From contig NW_027192216.1 of assembly GCF_041956535.1 (NCBI RefSeq), forward strand, positions 323,970 to 387,969: a stretch of DNA of 64,000 bases. Direction: 5' to 3'. This DNA is from Calcarisporiella thermophila CBS 279.70 (Eukaryota; Fungi; Calcarisporiellomycota). Under the pieces are notes generated by a model. It did no database searches, had not been told where the DNA came from, and saw only the letters and a program-made list of their open reading frames with translations. Made by a program: the position numbers and the translations under genes. Of this stretch, positions 42,147 through 53,500 are shown piece after piece (position 1 is the stretch's first letter; each line of letters begins with the position of its first letter).

Positions 42147-43792
42147 ATGCGTATACCCTTCCTTCTACCGCTTCTCTCCTTAGCCGCTCCATGCTTCGCC
42201 GCTAGTCAAGAAAAAAACTCGCTGGCCATCACGGGCCTCTTCGTGGACATCATCAATGCCACCGCTCTGGAGCATCTCAAGGGCACGCTCAAGAAGCCGG
42301 ATCCGGCCGTGGTCCCTGCGCTAAAGGCATTCGAGAAAGGCCTCGAGAAAATCATGAAGAACAATCGGAAATACACGATCACGAAAACGGAGCGTTTGCC
42401 ACCGAATGGAGACAAGCATTACTACTACAGCTTCGCCCCCTATTGGTATGTAGATGGGTTTGCTAACACACTGCAGCGCGGCATTGACCTTCACTCGGCA
42501 CTCATAGGTGGCCCGATTGTAAAAAGGTGAAAAATGTAACCAATCCCGAAACTCAGTGCCCCTTCAAGCAGCGAGATGGTAAGTGGCGATCTCATTGTCC
42601 ACCCATGGAGGGAATTGAGCCCAAATCCCATCTATGATCCAATGTAGGGCAAGTCAATCCCGATGCAAAGAAGCTTACGGCCGGCTCGACCATGTACCAG
42701 TTCATCTCCGACTCCACCAATCTTGCCGTCGCATACAAGCTGTACGATAAGGAGGAGTATGCGCGGCAGTTTGCGCTTCTCGTCGACACCTTCTTCCTGC
42801 AGGAGGACACGTACATGGAGCCCAACCTGACCTATGCCCAGGTGATCCGCGGCCCTCCCAGCGAGAAGGCGTGGATTGGGCGCGAGGAGGGGATCATTGA
42901 CACGCGCTATTTGGTGCTGTTCTCCACGGCGGTCCCCCTGCTCAAGGGCTCCGACGCGTTCACCCCGGAGCTGGACAAGAAGCTGAAGACGTGGTTCCAG
43001 CGCTACGCGTCGTGGCTAGAGACCAGCAAATTTGGGCGCGCGGAGTGCGGCAAGAAGAACAACCACGCGACCTTCTGCTTCGCACAGCGCGCGGCATACT
43101 GGCACTACGCGGGAAATGCGGCCAAAGCTCGCGCCGCCATCAACAGCTATCTGTCCGGGCCGTTCCAGACCCAGTTTGAGTCGGACGGCTCGCAGCCCGA
43201 GGAGCTGGCGCGGACCCTGCCGCTGCATTACCTCATGTTCAACCTCGAGGCCCTGACTGCCCTTGCCAAGCTGGGGGCCCGGCTTGGGGTGGACGTGTGG
43301 CACGAGCGCAACAAGAAGGGCGCGGGCGTCCAGAAGGCGATCGACTTCGTACTGCCGATGGCCCTGAAGACGGCGGAGTCGAACGGCAAGTGGAAGAAGC
43401 CCGACAACCCGGCCCTCCTCATCCCCACGCTGCTGGATGCCATCGAGGTGTACGGGGATCCGCGGGGCACGTATCAGTCGGCCGTGGAGAAGATCCGCAA
43501 CGCCACCAACGGCGGCGAGTCCAACAACATCATCCACCTGTGGGACATGGAGGAGTACGAGGACACCATCCTGGACTTCATCCTCTACGGCCTGGAATCC
43601 GACGACGAGCGCTCGGCCTGTCCCGAGGGCGACGAGCAGTGGTGCGTCAAGGTCGACGGCAAGCGCGTGCTGCCCAGCCTGGGGATGTTCCTGGATTCGG
43701 CCGAAGACGGCGTGCAGCATGTGGCACAGCTGGCCCGACGCAAGGCGGAACGCGAGGCCGCCATCGGAGTCTACGACCTTTGGAGATGGTAG
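42147..43792 (+). CDS. Secreted polysaccharide lyase, Alginate_lyase fold (PL38/PL5-like; glucuronan or alginate lyase); 3 exons
   Basis: Signal peptide; PPNGDKHYYYSFAPYWWP, RDGQVNP, MEPNLTYAQVIRG, GIIDTR, NNH and ELARTLPLHY..FNL. Confidence 0.85.
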
Positions 43793-44611
43793 GGGGGGAG
43801 CAGAGGCTACGGTACTCCATGCGCTCCCAGCCTTATATCTATTTCACATTGCAAACCAAGCCATCTAATTGTCTGTTTTTATTTTACGCTGAATGTGTGT
43901 TTTCCCACCTTGTTCTTCTTTTATTTCCGTCTCTCTATTTCCAAGCTTAACATGCTCTATTTGCTCTGTCCACGTCATCATGAGGAGCCTCTGCTGATTT
44001 GCCCCAGTCATGTTCCCTCCTCCTCGTCCACCAAACAGGCAATTTTCACTTTAAACTTGGCACTGCCTCTGTGCTCGGCCATGAACCATGAATAGGGTTT
44101 GGGGAGAGAGAGATGGGTTTCCGGGCACATGAGCAAAGCGAACTCTCCGAGGCTGCATGACGAGCACCGTATCAAATGGCTCGCGTGCAGCTTAGGGTTC
44201 GCGGTGTAATGCTGGGCGGTGCACTGCTTTCCCCACGCCCTATCCCACCGCGTGGAGCAATTCGAGGAGGTTTCTGCTTTATTCGGCATGGGCATTAATA
44301 ATCGGCCGGGCGGCCGTGAAGGCGTGTCGTCATCCCCAATCATAATTTCTCATCATGGCCGGAGGCGAGTGAGCAAGATTCATCCAGAACCGCGCAATCC
44401 GGTGATCATGCAAAAGGCCAGGCCTAGGTGGTACCAGCGATGAATCGGCTCAATTAATCCTTTCGCGGCGCGGTTGGCCGCTCAGCAACTCAAATCGTGA
44501 TATCTCCGCAATAGGCAATCCCTTTTCGCAATATAAAAGTCCCTCTCCCCCCAATTTTTATGGCGAGGTTTCACCTTATTCTGTATTAATTAATTTAATT
44601 CAGTTCTCCTA

Positions 44612-46310
44612 ATGGCGCGTCTCTTCTACCTTGCCTGCTTGCTGGGCGCCGTGTCCGCGGTGGATCTCTCGCGGTTCAGAATCAAGCGTGACGGAGAGGG
44701 AGACGTGACCGCTGCCGTCCAAGATGCTGTGAACACTCTGCTGAACAAAGAGACCCCACTGTAAGTTTTGGATGCATCGGCATGCCGACGTCTTTGATGG
44801 CTCACTTTTTTTGCGCCTGCTAGGCTGGTTTGGCCTCGCCTTACCGAACTGACCGATCTGTTCGGCCATCGCATCACCGGATCGGAATCGCTGGAACGCG
44901 CGTTGCAGTACATTGAGACGGTGGCAAAGACAGACAACCTGACCGTGATCAGCGAGCCCGTGTCGGTCACGTATTGGAAGCGTGGGCAAGAGTCGCTCTC
45001 GCTGGTGTCGCAGCAAAACACCCGCGGTGGCGATCTCAAGCTGCCAGTGATTGGTCTCGGCAACACCACAACCACGCCAAAGGAGGGATTCACAGCCCCA
45101 GTGGTGGTGGTCCATAATGAAGAGGAGTTCAACGCCACCGAGGTCAAGGACTCCATTGTGCTCTGGAATGTGCCCTTCACAACCTACGGTGAAACGGTGC
45201 GTTTCCGCCGCCGCGGACGTGTCCTCGGCGAACTCAAGGGCTCCAAGGCCATGCTCATCAGATCCGTCACCCCGTTCTCTCTCAACACCCTTCACACCGG
45301 AACTTCCGGCGGAGAGGGCGTTCCAGCTGCCGCGGTCACCATCGAGACGGCCGAGTTCCTCGATCGTATGTACACTCGTTGGAAGAACGCCGCAAACTCA
45401 ACCTCGCCCTATGCCAACGAGTTCAAGCAGCCCGTGGTGAAGCTTCTGCTGGAAAATGAGAGGCAGCCTAAGCAGAGTAGAAACATTCTGGTGGAGATTA
45501 AGGGCCGCGAGCTGCCAGATGAGGTGGTGATTCTGGGCGGACACATCGACTCGTGGGACGTGGGCGCAGGTAAGGAGTACTTCTCTCTCGCCCCTTTTCA
45601 AACAAAGTAATAACCCTCTCCATCCCTGCAACCCCAAGGTGCCATGGATGACGGCGCCGGGGCCTTCATTGGGTGGGAGGCCGTCCGACTTATTTCCAAG
45701 CTCCCGCGTCCTCCCAAGCGTACCATTCGTACAGTGTTCTGGATGGACGAAGGTAGTTTGCCACCACTTTCTCCAGAGCCCTATTTCCAAGGATGCTAAA
45801 CCCTTCTCTCAACTTCTAGAGCAAGGCGGATCCGGATCCGACGCCTATCTAGCTGCTCGCAAAAAGGATAACACCCTCTCCAAGCATGTCTTTGCCATCG
45901 AATCAGACGAGGGCGTATTCCGGCCCTTCGGCCTCTCGTATAAGGTGACCAAGAACGAAACGGGCCCCCTCGAGAAACTCCAGGAGCTCTCCTCGAAATA
46001 TCTTGGCCAGCGGGATGGCACCGAGGTGATTTCTGGCGGGGCAGCAGCGGATATTGAGAATTTGTGCGATAACGGTGTGCCCTGCGCTGCCTGGATGAGC
46101 TATGACGCGCTCAAGCGAAACGTTCGGCCGGATCAGCCCCTGGAGTACAACAGCTACTTCTACTATCATCACACCGATGCGGATACTCCCGAGGCGCTCA
46201 ACCGCACCGATGTGGAGGAATCCGCGCGCGTGCTTGCCGCTTGGGCCTATGTGATTGCCGAGGAAGGTGTCGGCGCCGTGCCTCAGGCCCAAAACCAAAC
46301 CCAAGCATGA
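44612..46310 (+). CDS. Secreted M28 metallopeptidase, carboxypeptidase Q-like; about 4 exons
   Basis: Signal peptide; FGHRITGS, GGHIDSWDVGAGAMDDG, WMDEEQG, AIESDEG and YHHTDADT zinc-ligand motifs. Confidence 0.9.
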
Positions 46311-46686
46311 GCGCCATACCCCACCCCACCCCCACCCCCCTTGTCTACGAATTGAGGCGCCACTCTTCCGTGAATTATTTATTTATACTACTATGTATTC
46401 TCCTATGTATTGACGCCCCCGTCCTCCAATTTTATATCTTGCTTTACTTTCTAATGTTACGCTACCCACTTTGCTTGATATTGTAATTTTCACTCGATAA
46501 AAGGTCGCATTCACTATGCAGGAGAGATCTTCCGATGGGGCGCGGCCCCCTTCTAGGTTCAACCCGTGGCTTGGACAATTGAAGTCACACTGCTTAAACG
46601 TGTCGTGTTTTTGGCTGGTCCCTTTAAAATTGGAAAACGACCGAGTTTCAAACCACTCATCTAGATCCATTTCACTCGGGTATAAA

Positions 46687-47034
46687 ATGACACACACCAT
46701 TCTTCTACTTCAAAGAACTGGGAGTGTGCAATCGCGCACCTGGGCCGAGTTTGAGACGGTCGGCGCCTCCATCGAACACTTGATTGACCTTTATGAGCAG
46801 CATCTCACAGAGCAAAACCCCAATCTCTCGCACATTCAGTACAGCGCTGAAGAGCTCACAGGATACCTGGAAAGGTTCAAGGAGCTTGCCGCTCTGGTCT
46901 ACGATTCGAAGCAAAAGGCGTATGTGCCCCATGACAAAGGATGGCTGAGAGAGAGAGTGGTGCAGCAGCTCCTGCGCGATGCACAGGGCGGCGGGCAGAG
47001 ACACGGCGGAGCTAGAGGTGGGCGAAGGAGGTGA
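46687..47034 (+). CDS. ERH: Enhancer of rudimentary homolog, intronless, with Gly/Arg-rich tail
   Basis: MTHTILLLQ...SRTW...LYEQHL...NP....IQY....L...LVYD....AYVPHDKGWLRE matches the ERH pattern. The start is the second Met of ORF 46516..47034. Confidence 0.9.
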   Translation: MTHTILLLQRTGSVQSRTWAEFETVGASIEHLIDLYEQHLTEQNPNLSHIQYSAEELTGYLERFKELAALVYDSKQKAYVPHDKGWLRERVVQQLLRDAQGGGQRHGGARGGRRR

Positions 47035-47228
47035 GAGGATTTCTCACCGTGCATCCCGGCATTAATTTGGGTTTTCTTCTTTTTAATTGAATGTAATTAT
47101 AACTGATCTTTAATGATGCTTTATGCAAATAAACGCTTTGACACTGATACCAGGAATGCTCCAGTGGATACAAACACAACTCTTCCCCGGGGGTATAACT
47201 GGCCGGGATCAATGGAGTAGACGATAAT

Positions 47229-48490
47229 TTACAATAGGCTCACCTCCTCTTTATTCGAATCCGCTCGCCCATTCTCTCCTTTTATCGACGGCATGTCTAG
47301 CGGGAGTCTATTTGAGGGGGCGCCGGAGACCTGTAGCGCTAAGTCACGTACCATTTTCCGAAGCTCATAGAGCTCTTGCTCACTTTTGGACATTTGGTCC
47401 GAGGTATGCTACGTTGGGAGGGGAGAATTCAAGAGAACGCGTGGGGTTGGGTGGAAAACAGACCCGACCTACCTTTAATCCCATGAACATCTTATGTAGC
47501 ATGGTCTCATACTGCTTCACGATGAATCGCTCGTCCAGCGCGTCTAGTGCATTCCTTACCATTTTAGCGGTCGAAGACCTGCCATATTAACTTTGTTAGA
47601 GTACTGGGTCTCCCGGGCTGGAAGGAAAACAACGAAACCTACTTTGCATCCTCGAAGGCTAGTCTTGGCATAAACTCTGCATACTGCTCCTGTGAATTTT
47701 CCTTCATATTCTCGACCTTAACGTCCACCTTTTCGAACCTTTCCTCCTCCTCGCCTCTCACACGTCCTCTACTATCCTCTCTTGGAACGCGCCAAAATCC
47801 GTATGCGTAGCGATGGGTTGCTCTTGTGGGGGTGGCATTTCCTTGACACAGCATGAAAACAAAACACTTTCTCCCAAAACGCGCGGCCAGCTGGCGCGCA
47901 ATGCGCTCCTCCCGTAGTGTTGGGCGCAATTCGGTTTGTCTTCTGAATTTCACGTATCCTACAATAAAATCCTATTACATTGAGAAAGAGCAAATTAATG
48001 GGCGTATAATGAGGAATTGATGGGGGGTCAAAGACAGAAAATATAGCAACACTCACGGTTTCAGGAACTAGGCTCTTCACCATTTCATGGTTCACGTTCC
48101 CAACTGCATCGTAGAACTTTGGGATTTCCAGGGGGAGCATAAAGCTTCCCTTCAGCACTAACGTCGGAAATATGAGTCAGAATTCTAATCGCCAGCCTAG
48201 CACGCTAGAAAATAAGATACTGACTAAGGTGGATTTCATGGGTCACTCGCACCGTATCCGAAAAATCGTCTACATGCTGCTGCTTCTGCTTTAAAAACGA
48301 CCCCGTAATGAATCCCTCCTATAATAAGCCCATGTTAATATTTGAGCTCGAGCCATCCTACGATCCAGAATAGATTTACGCAATCTCCAGAAGAGTTTGA
48401 GCAATCGTAGAGAAGATTGGACAGAAATGTGCTTGTGCAGTGAATTTTGAGACTGGAATGGGGTAGGGAATCAGTACTAGAGGATGTCAT
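47229..48490 (-). CDS. Abraxas/ABRO1 (FAM175)-like inactive MPN scaffold of BRCA1-A/BRISC; multi-exon, 3' end uncertain
   Basis: Spliced ...DCSNSSGDC|EGFITG, FYDAVGNVN, GYVKFRRQTELRPTLREE and C-terminal coiled-coil-like helices parallel FAM175 motifs (EGFLLG, FY...G.VN, GWY.FRRN.....RE). Confidence 0.78.
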
Positions 48491-48755
48491 AACGGATATT
48501 AGTGCTTTTTTCTGGAATTTCGAGCGAACTTAATTAAATGAAAAATATAGCTTGGCTATCTCAAGTTGGATACACGCTCATAAGACGAGAGATCCAATGT
48601 GAAAATCGAAGTAATGGGTCCACACATATTGCGTTGGAAAATGCACAACAAAATAATTACCATTATATTTCAAAACAGAGAGAGGGAGAAAAAAAAACAA
48701 AACATTATATCAAACTAGTGTATATACTTTTTTGTTATCCAATCCGGTTCGCACT

Positions 48756-50220
48756 CTAATTCGGCGCCCCTTCCACTAGTCGGAAGATATTGTACAATAA
48801 AACAGACCATACATCCATGGGCCCAGGAATGCAATAGCGCCAGCAATCTTTCCCGCCCACATGCCCATCCGGTCGCATGCTCATCATATGAGTAACATCT
48901 AAGAAGATTCCGCCCGCTTTCTCCACGAGCTCTCTAGCTATCGCATTCTGCCGTGCAAAGTCCTGCCAATGGTATGGGGCATCCTGCAAATCTGCAGCCG
49001 TCAGCGGCTGTGCGTAGGGAGCAGTGGCGCTGTCACAGTCCAGGTGTCCGGGATAAGTGCTCCGGAAGATGAGCAGCTTATTGGGGTAATTTTTGCGGAC
49101 ATCCGCAAGCGACTCGGCCAACGTCTTCCGATAGTCTTCGTCGGGAACATAGTGTGCACCACGGTTCATAATAACTACGCCGTAACTATTGATAATAGGG
49201 TAGCGTTAAATATCACCGAGCAGCACGAAGAGCCTTTATATCTGGAAAAAAAAGGAGGTAGGGTGTCAGGATACTCACTATTTGATAACGGAGTTAGCGA
49301 TCCAGGGCTGCTCAACTATCTCGACGCTCGGGTGGCCTCCCTCGAGCCGTGGATTTTTCCGCCCATTGGAAAGAATATCGTTGCGCACATAGCGAATTCG
49401 AGCGTCTTTGTAAAGGCTTGTCGCGGGACACAGGGTATGATCTAAGGAGGATAGAGTAAGCACATTTGTTTGGGGCAGTTAGATCCGGGCAAGAACATCC
49501 ACCTTTGCAGCTGAGCGTTCCATAGCAGACGGTAGGGCCATCCCGGAATGTATCCAGCAATAGATCGTGCAGCTGATACTGCAGCTCATCGCCCACAATA
49601 AGAGTATGTCTTCCGTTTAGCATTTTACACCAATGTTCTCTATCCACAGGCATCAGCGGGCATGTGTCATTGGTGTGCCAAATGTACTTCGCCGCATCGT
49701 ACATCTGCCATTCGCTGCTCGAATTTTCATTGAGCTGTTTTCTGTATCGTTTCTCGCATTTGCCAAATATCGGATCTTGAAAATGTTTGATTAGTTTCCT
49801 TGGGGTATTATCGTAGATCCAAGCTCCGCGGGTGTAGCAGTTGACGATATTTCTCACGCGCTCGGCCTCCTCACGGGTCGTAATTGGACTGCCTGGGATC
49901 CCTTCAATTTGGAATTTAGCAAACATTCGATCGGCGACATCACGAGCTACCGCGACAGCTGCTGCCTCTTGCTGTGAATAGTTATCGTTGATCCACTTGG
50001 ACTGGCGGATCCAGGCATCCTTACGCTCATTGACCTGGGCGGGCAATGGCGGTATTGGGGACGGAATTCGGACGGATGTGGAATGGGGGGTTGATGGCAG
50101 GTTATTGAAGGAGGGTTTATCGAATGTGCGCACAAAATGATAGAGGAGTCCTAAGATGACGAGGTAAATGAAGTAATGATGCCACGATGTCCGCGATGGA
50201 CCTGCATGATTGCCTATCAT
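48756..50220 (-). CDS. TBL/DUF231 (PC-esterase, SGNH-like) polysaccharide O-acetyltransferase homolog, apparently catalytically altered; 3 exons
   Basis: N-terminal TM; C..GAW..D, Y.W....CPL, L.GR....VGD(E), NRGAH, FRST.PGH, LDVT.M..MRPDGH and DCW(R)YCIPG..D.W. Confidence 0.8.
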
Positions 50221-50518
50221 CTTAATGCACTATTATGAGCTGGATGGAATGTCTATTTTTATTCAATGAAAATATATAATTAAAACGAATAAGCCACACG
50301 CTGAAGGGAGATCTTAAATCGACGATAGTCCAGGAAAATCAAGACATATTTGCCGCCGCGATACCCTATTAGCTTCGGTGTGAAAAAAAAACTGCTCACT
50401 AGTTTTAATTAATTATCAAGATTGATACCGTCCTATACCATATAATATTTCAATATATCCTATATCATCATGAGAATTTCAATTTAAGTATACTCTGCTC
50501 TAACAATACCATTTTCCG

Positions 50519-53500
50519 ATGAGACCGCAACGACGCCCTTCCTCCTCCTCCAATGGTCACATTCATCCTTACCATTCAGTGCTTCCTTACTCAACAGACG
50601 AGCGCCGCGTATTTACACTCTCCATCCACGATGACCGCGTTTCAGCTCACCAACTTATAGTTAATCCAGATCACCTTCCTGCATGGCGGGAGGATCAACT
50701 CCTGGAAATTATTCCGATCGGGGTGGAGGAAAGAGACCAAAGATTAATATTGAAAGGCGAGATTGACCGTGAAATGCTCACAAAGAAACCGCAAATACAA
50801 GTAGTATAAAAAACATCGATGCTCGTCCGGGATGTGAATTGTACTTACAGCTTCATTGTTTGCCTCCAGATATCCATTAATATTAATGTCGCGAAGGTAT
50901 TTAACTTACAGCACAACCAAGACGTGTTCCTTCAAACGGTTCGTACTTCATCCGATCTGGTTTCACACGGATTTCTTGTTATATAAGCGATTTGATCTAT
51001 GTAGGTGTCGAACTCCTCAGTAGAGGCGGAGCATGTCGAACTCGTGTTCCGAGACGCGTTTCTTGGCCGGAACGACATGTGGCGTCTTAGGAAGAGCCTC
51101 GAAGGGTCCTGCGTTTACGTAGAACAGAAGCTGTATTCGTGGGATTGCTTCCATATTCTGGTGAAGGAAATCTACATTAATGGGGAATCCGTTAGTATTT
51201 GCTAGGGCCCGCGCTGAGTTCCGACTAGATCTAATTTAGCTGTGCTCTTTTTGTTTCCTAGGTGGCGAGCGGCTACATAACGGCCAACACGCGGATCGTG
51301 TTTCGGTCCAAATCCGCGAAATACATTCTCTTCATACAAATGTCGCGAGAAATGTGGGAGTTTGACGAAGACGGCGAGCTGCGCTTCGAGAAGTGCGTGT
51401 ATGGATTTCTACCTCAGCTGTTCACGCGATGGAAAGAACACGCCACCAACCATTCCGTCACCATCATTTTGTTCGCCCGGGTTTACTATGACAAGGACCC
51501 GGTCGCACTCTCTGCAATTGCGGACGAATGCATCCTTCGGGACCCGCGGTCGGGACGAGCGTACAAGGATTTCTATGAGGTGGTGGTTGAGAATGAGAAC
51601 CGCCACGACTGGAATTCGATTATTGTAACTCTAAAGGAGGAATTCCTTAAATTCCAACACCGTGTTCTACTGCGCAACGAGGGCGACGGCGTAGCTGTGC
51701 TTGATGGGATGATCTCGCGTGCCTTCGAAGGCAATATTCTCGAGGCGGTGCACATGGCATTGAATCCGTTCATTAAGCATTACATCGACCGTGACCTGAT
51801 GCGCACGGGGCTGTCGATTCTGATCGTCACGCCCGGGTCGGGCAAGTTTCTGGTGGACAAGAAAATGCTGCAGCTAGCCACAACAAGGATGAACGAAAAC
51901 GGTGTGTCCCTGGATCTGGTCTGCCTTTCCAAAGTCCCACTACACACGGCCCCCCTCCTGGTGTTTTACTCAGCGCCATCGAGTCGAACCCAAAAATCGG
52001 CGACCCATTGCCCAGCCACGGCCGCGGCCTCCTCCTCCAGCTCCACGGCGGATCCCCTTGATAAATCCGACGCCCAATCCGACCAACTTCGCCCGGACCC
52101 ACTCTTCTCCGATGACGATCTCAATGTGAAGGCCACGGAGGTCTTCATGGTTCCGCATTGGATCCAGTGTAATTTCTTCAACGGCCAAACTCAAACGCTT
52201 GCCGCCCCTAGGGCGCGCTTCGAGGCCCAGTGTAAGATGTACGAGGTTCAAATGATGGGCATTATGGAGCATGAGATTGCTGGAATATCGATACCGTGGA
52301 TGGATATTGTCGCGGAAAATTTAGAGGCCTACGACGAGGAGATTTTTTGCCCCAACAAGGAAAACATCCTGTCGCCGGTTGCCCCGTCGGCATCGGGACC
52401 CGTCCTGCCCCCCGCCGCGACACCTCTTACTACGTCCTCAGTGGACGTGCCAATAGCAACCGCGAATACTGAGGAGTTTAAGGTCGGGGACGAGAAGCAA
52501 AATGCCGAGAGCACTTTAGCAGACGGGGGAAGCACCACGCTTAGCGTCCAGAGCAGTCAAGTGAGTTTAAACGATAATTTGGTGGTGGCGGTACAAGATG
52601 CGACCACGGAAGTGAACGTGAAAAACTTGGCGGTGAGGGCCCCATCGCTTATGATGACGAGCATCAACCCCAATCGAACGGTCGAACGAGAACGACAATT
52701 ATCTGCAGCATTGCGAGACAACTCGATCATCTCAAATGGGGGACAAAATACCGCCGGTGGTGCACCCGGCCCGAGACCCGTCTATCCACAAATGACCGCC
52801 TCTCCTAGAGGCATAGGCGAGGACGAGTGGAAGGGGCCTGTGGATGTGTACCGCCCATGGCCAGAAGGCTCTTCTGAAAACGGTGTAGGAGGGAGTGGAG
52901 CTCGGCCTATGCTGGATCGACAGTCCTCGAATATATCCACGACGGCGGCTCTGGGGATGCGGAGCACGAAAAACACGACGCCGCCGGAGGTGGACGGCTA
53001 TTCAGCCGCTCAAGAGCTTGCCATCGCGCACCAGGGACCACAGCAGCCTTACCAGCAGAAGACGAACTACCAGCCACAGTCACACCACAATCCAAACGCA
53101 GCACATCCACTACAACTACTACAACAAAACCATCAGCAAGGCCCGGTTGAGGCGGAAATTCTAGCAGAGGATGAGCCTGCGCTCTTCTTGCTTGCCAAAG
53201 TCCAGCCCATCAATATTGGGCGACCACAGAGTCGCGTAGGAGCTCGGCGTCCACTTCACCAGCGGATCTCCCCTTCGAATGGCGGTGGGGGGGATTTATA
53301 TTCTCGCTCTTCCGAGCAAATGCGCCGGTATACGCGCTATTCGCCAAGCCATTGGCAACCTGCAAAGCAGACGTATCTTAACCCATGCAATCCCTCGAAC
53401 TCGGTGCGCCATAAGTGTCGCGACCTTGGACGATGGAGCCATGTGTACCGCACGCCTCCACCGATGGAACTAAACGAGGAGATTCATTGGACCTCCCTCT

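Noticed and set aside
42991-43950. Several long overlapping ORFs on both strands over the lyase
   Set aside because: Shadow ORFs expected from high GC3; no recognisable motifs.
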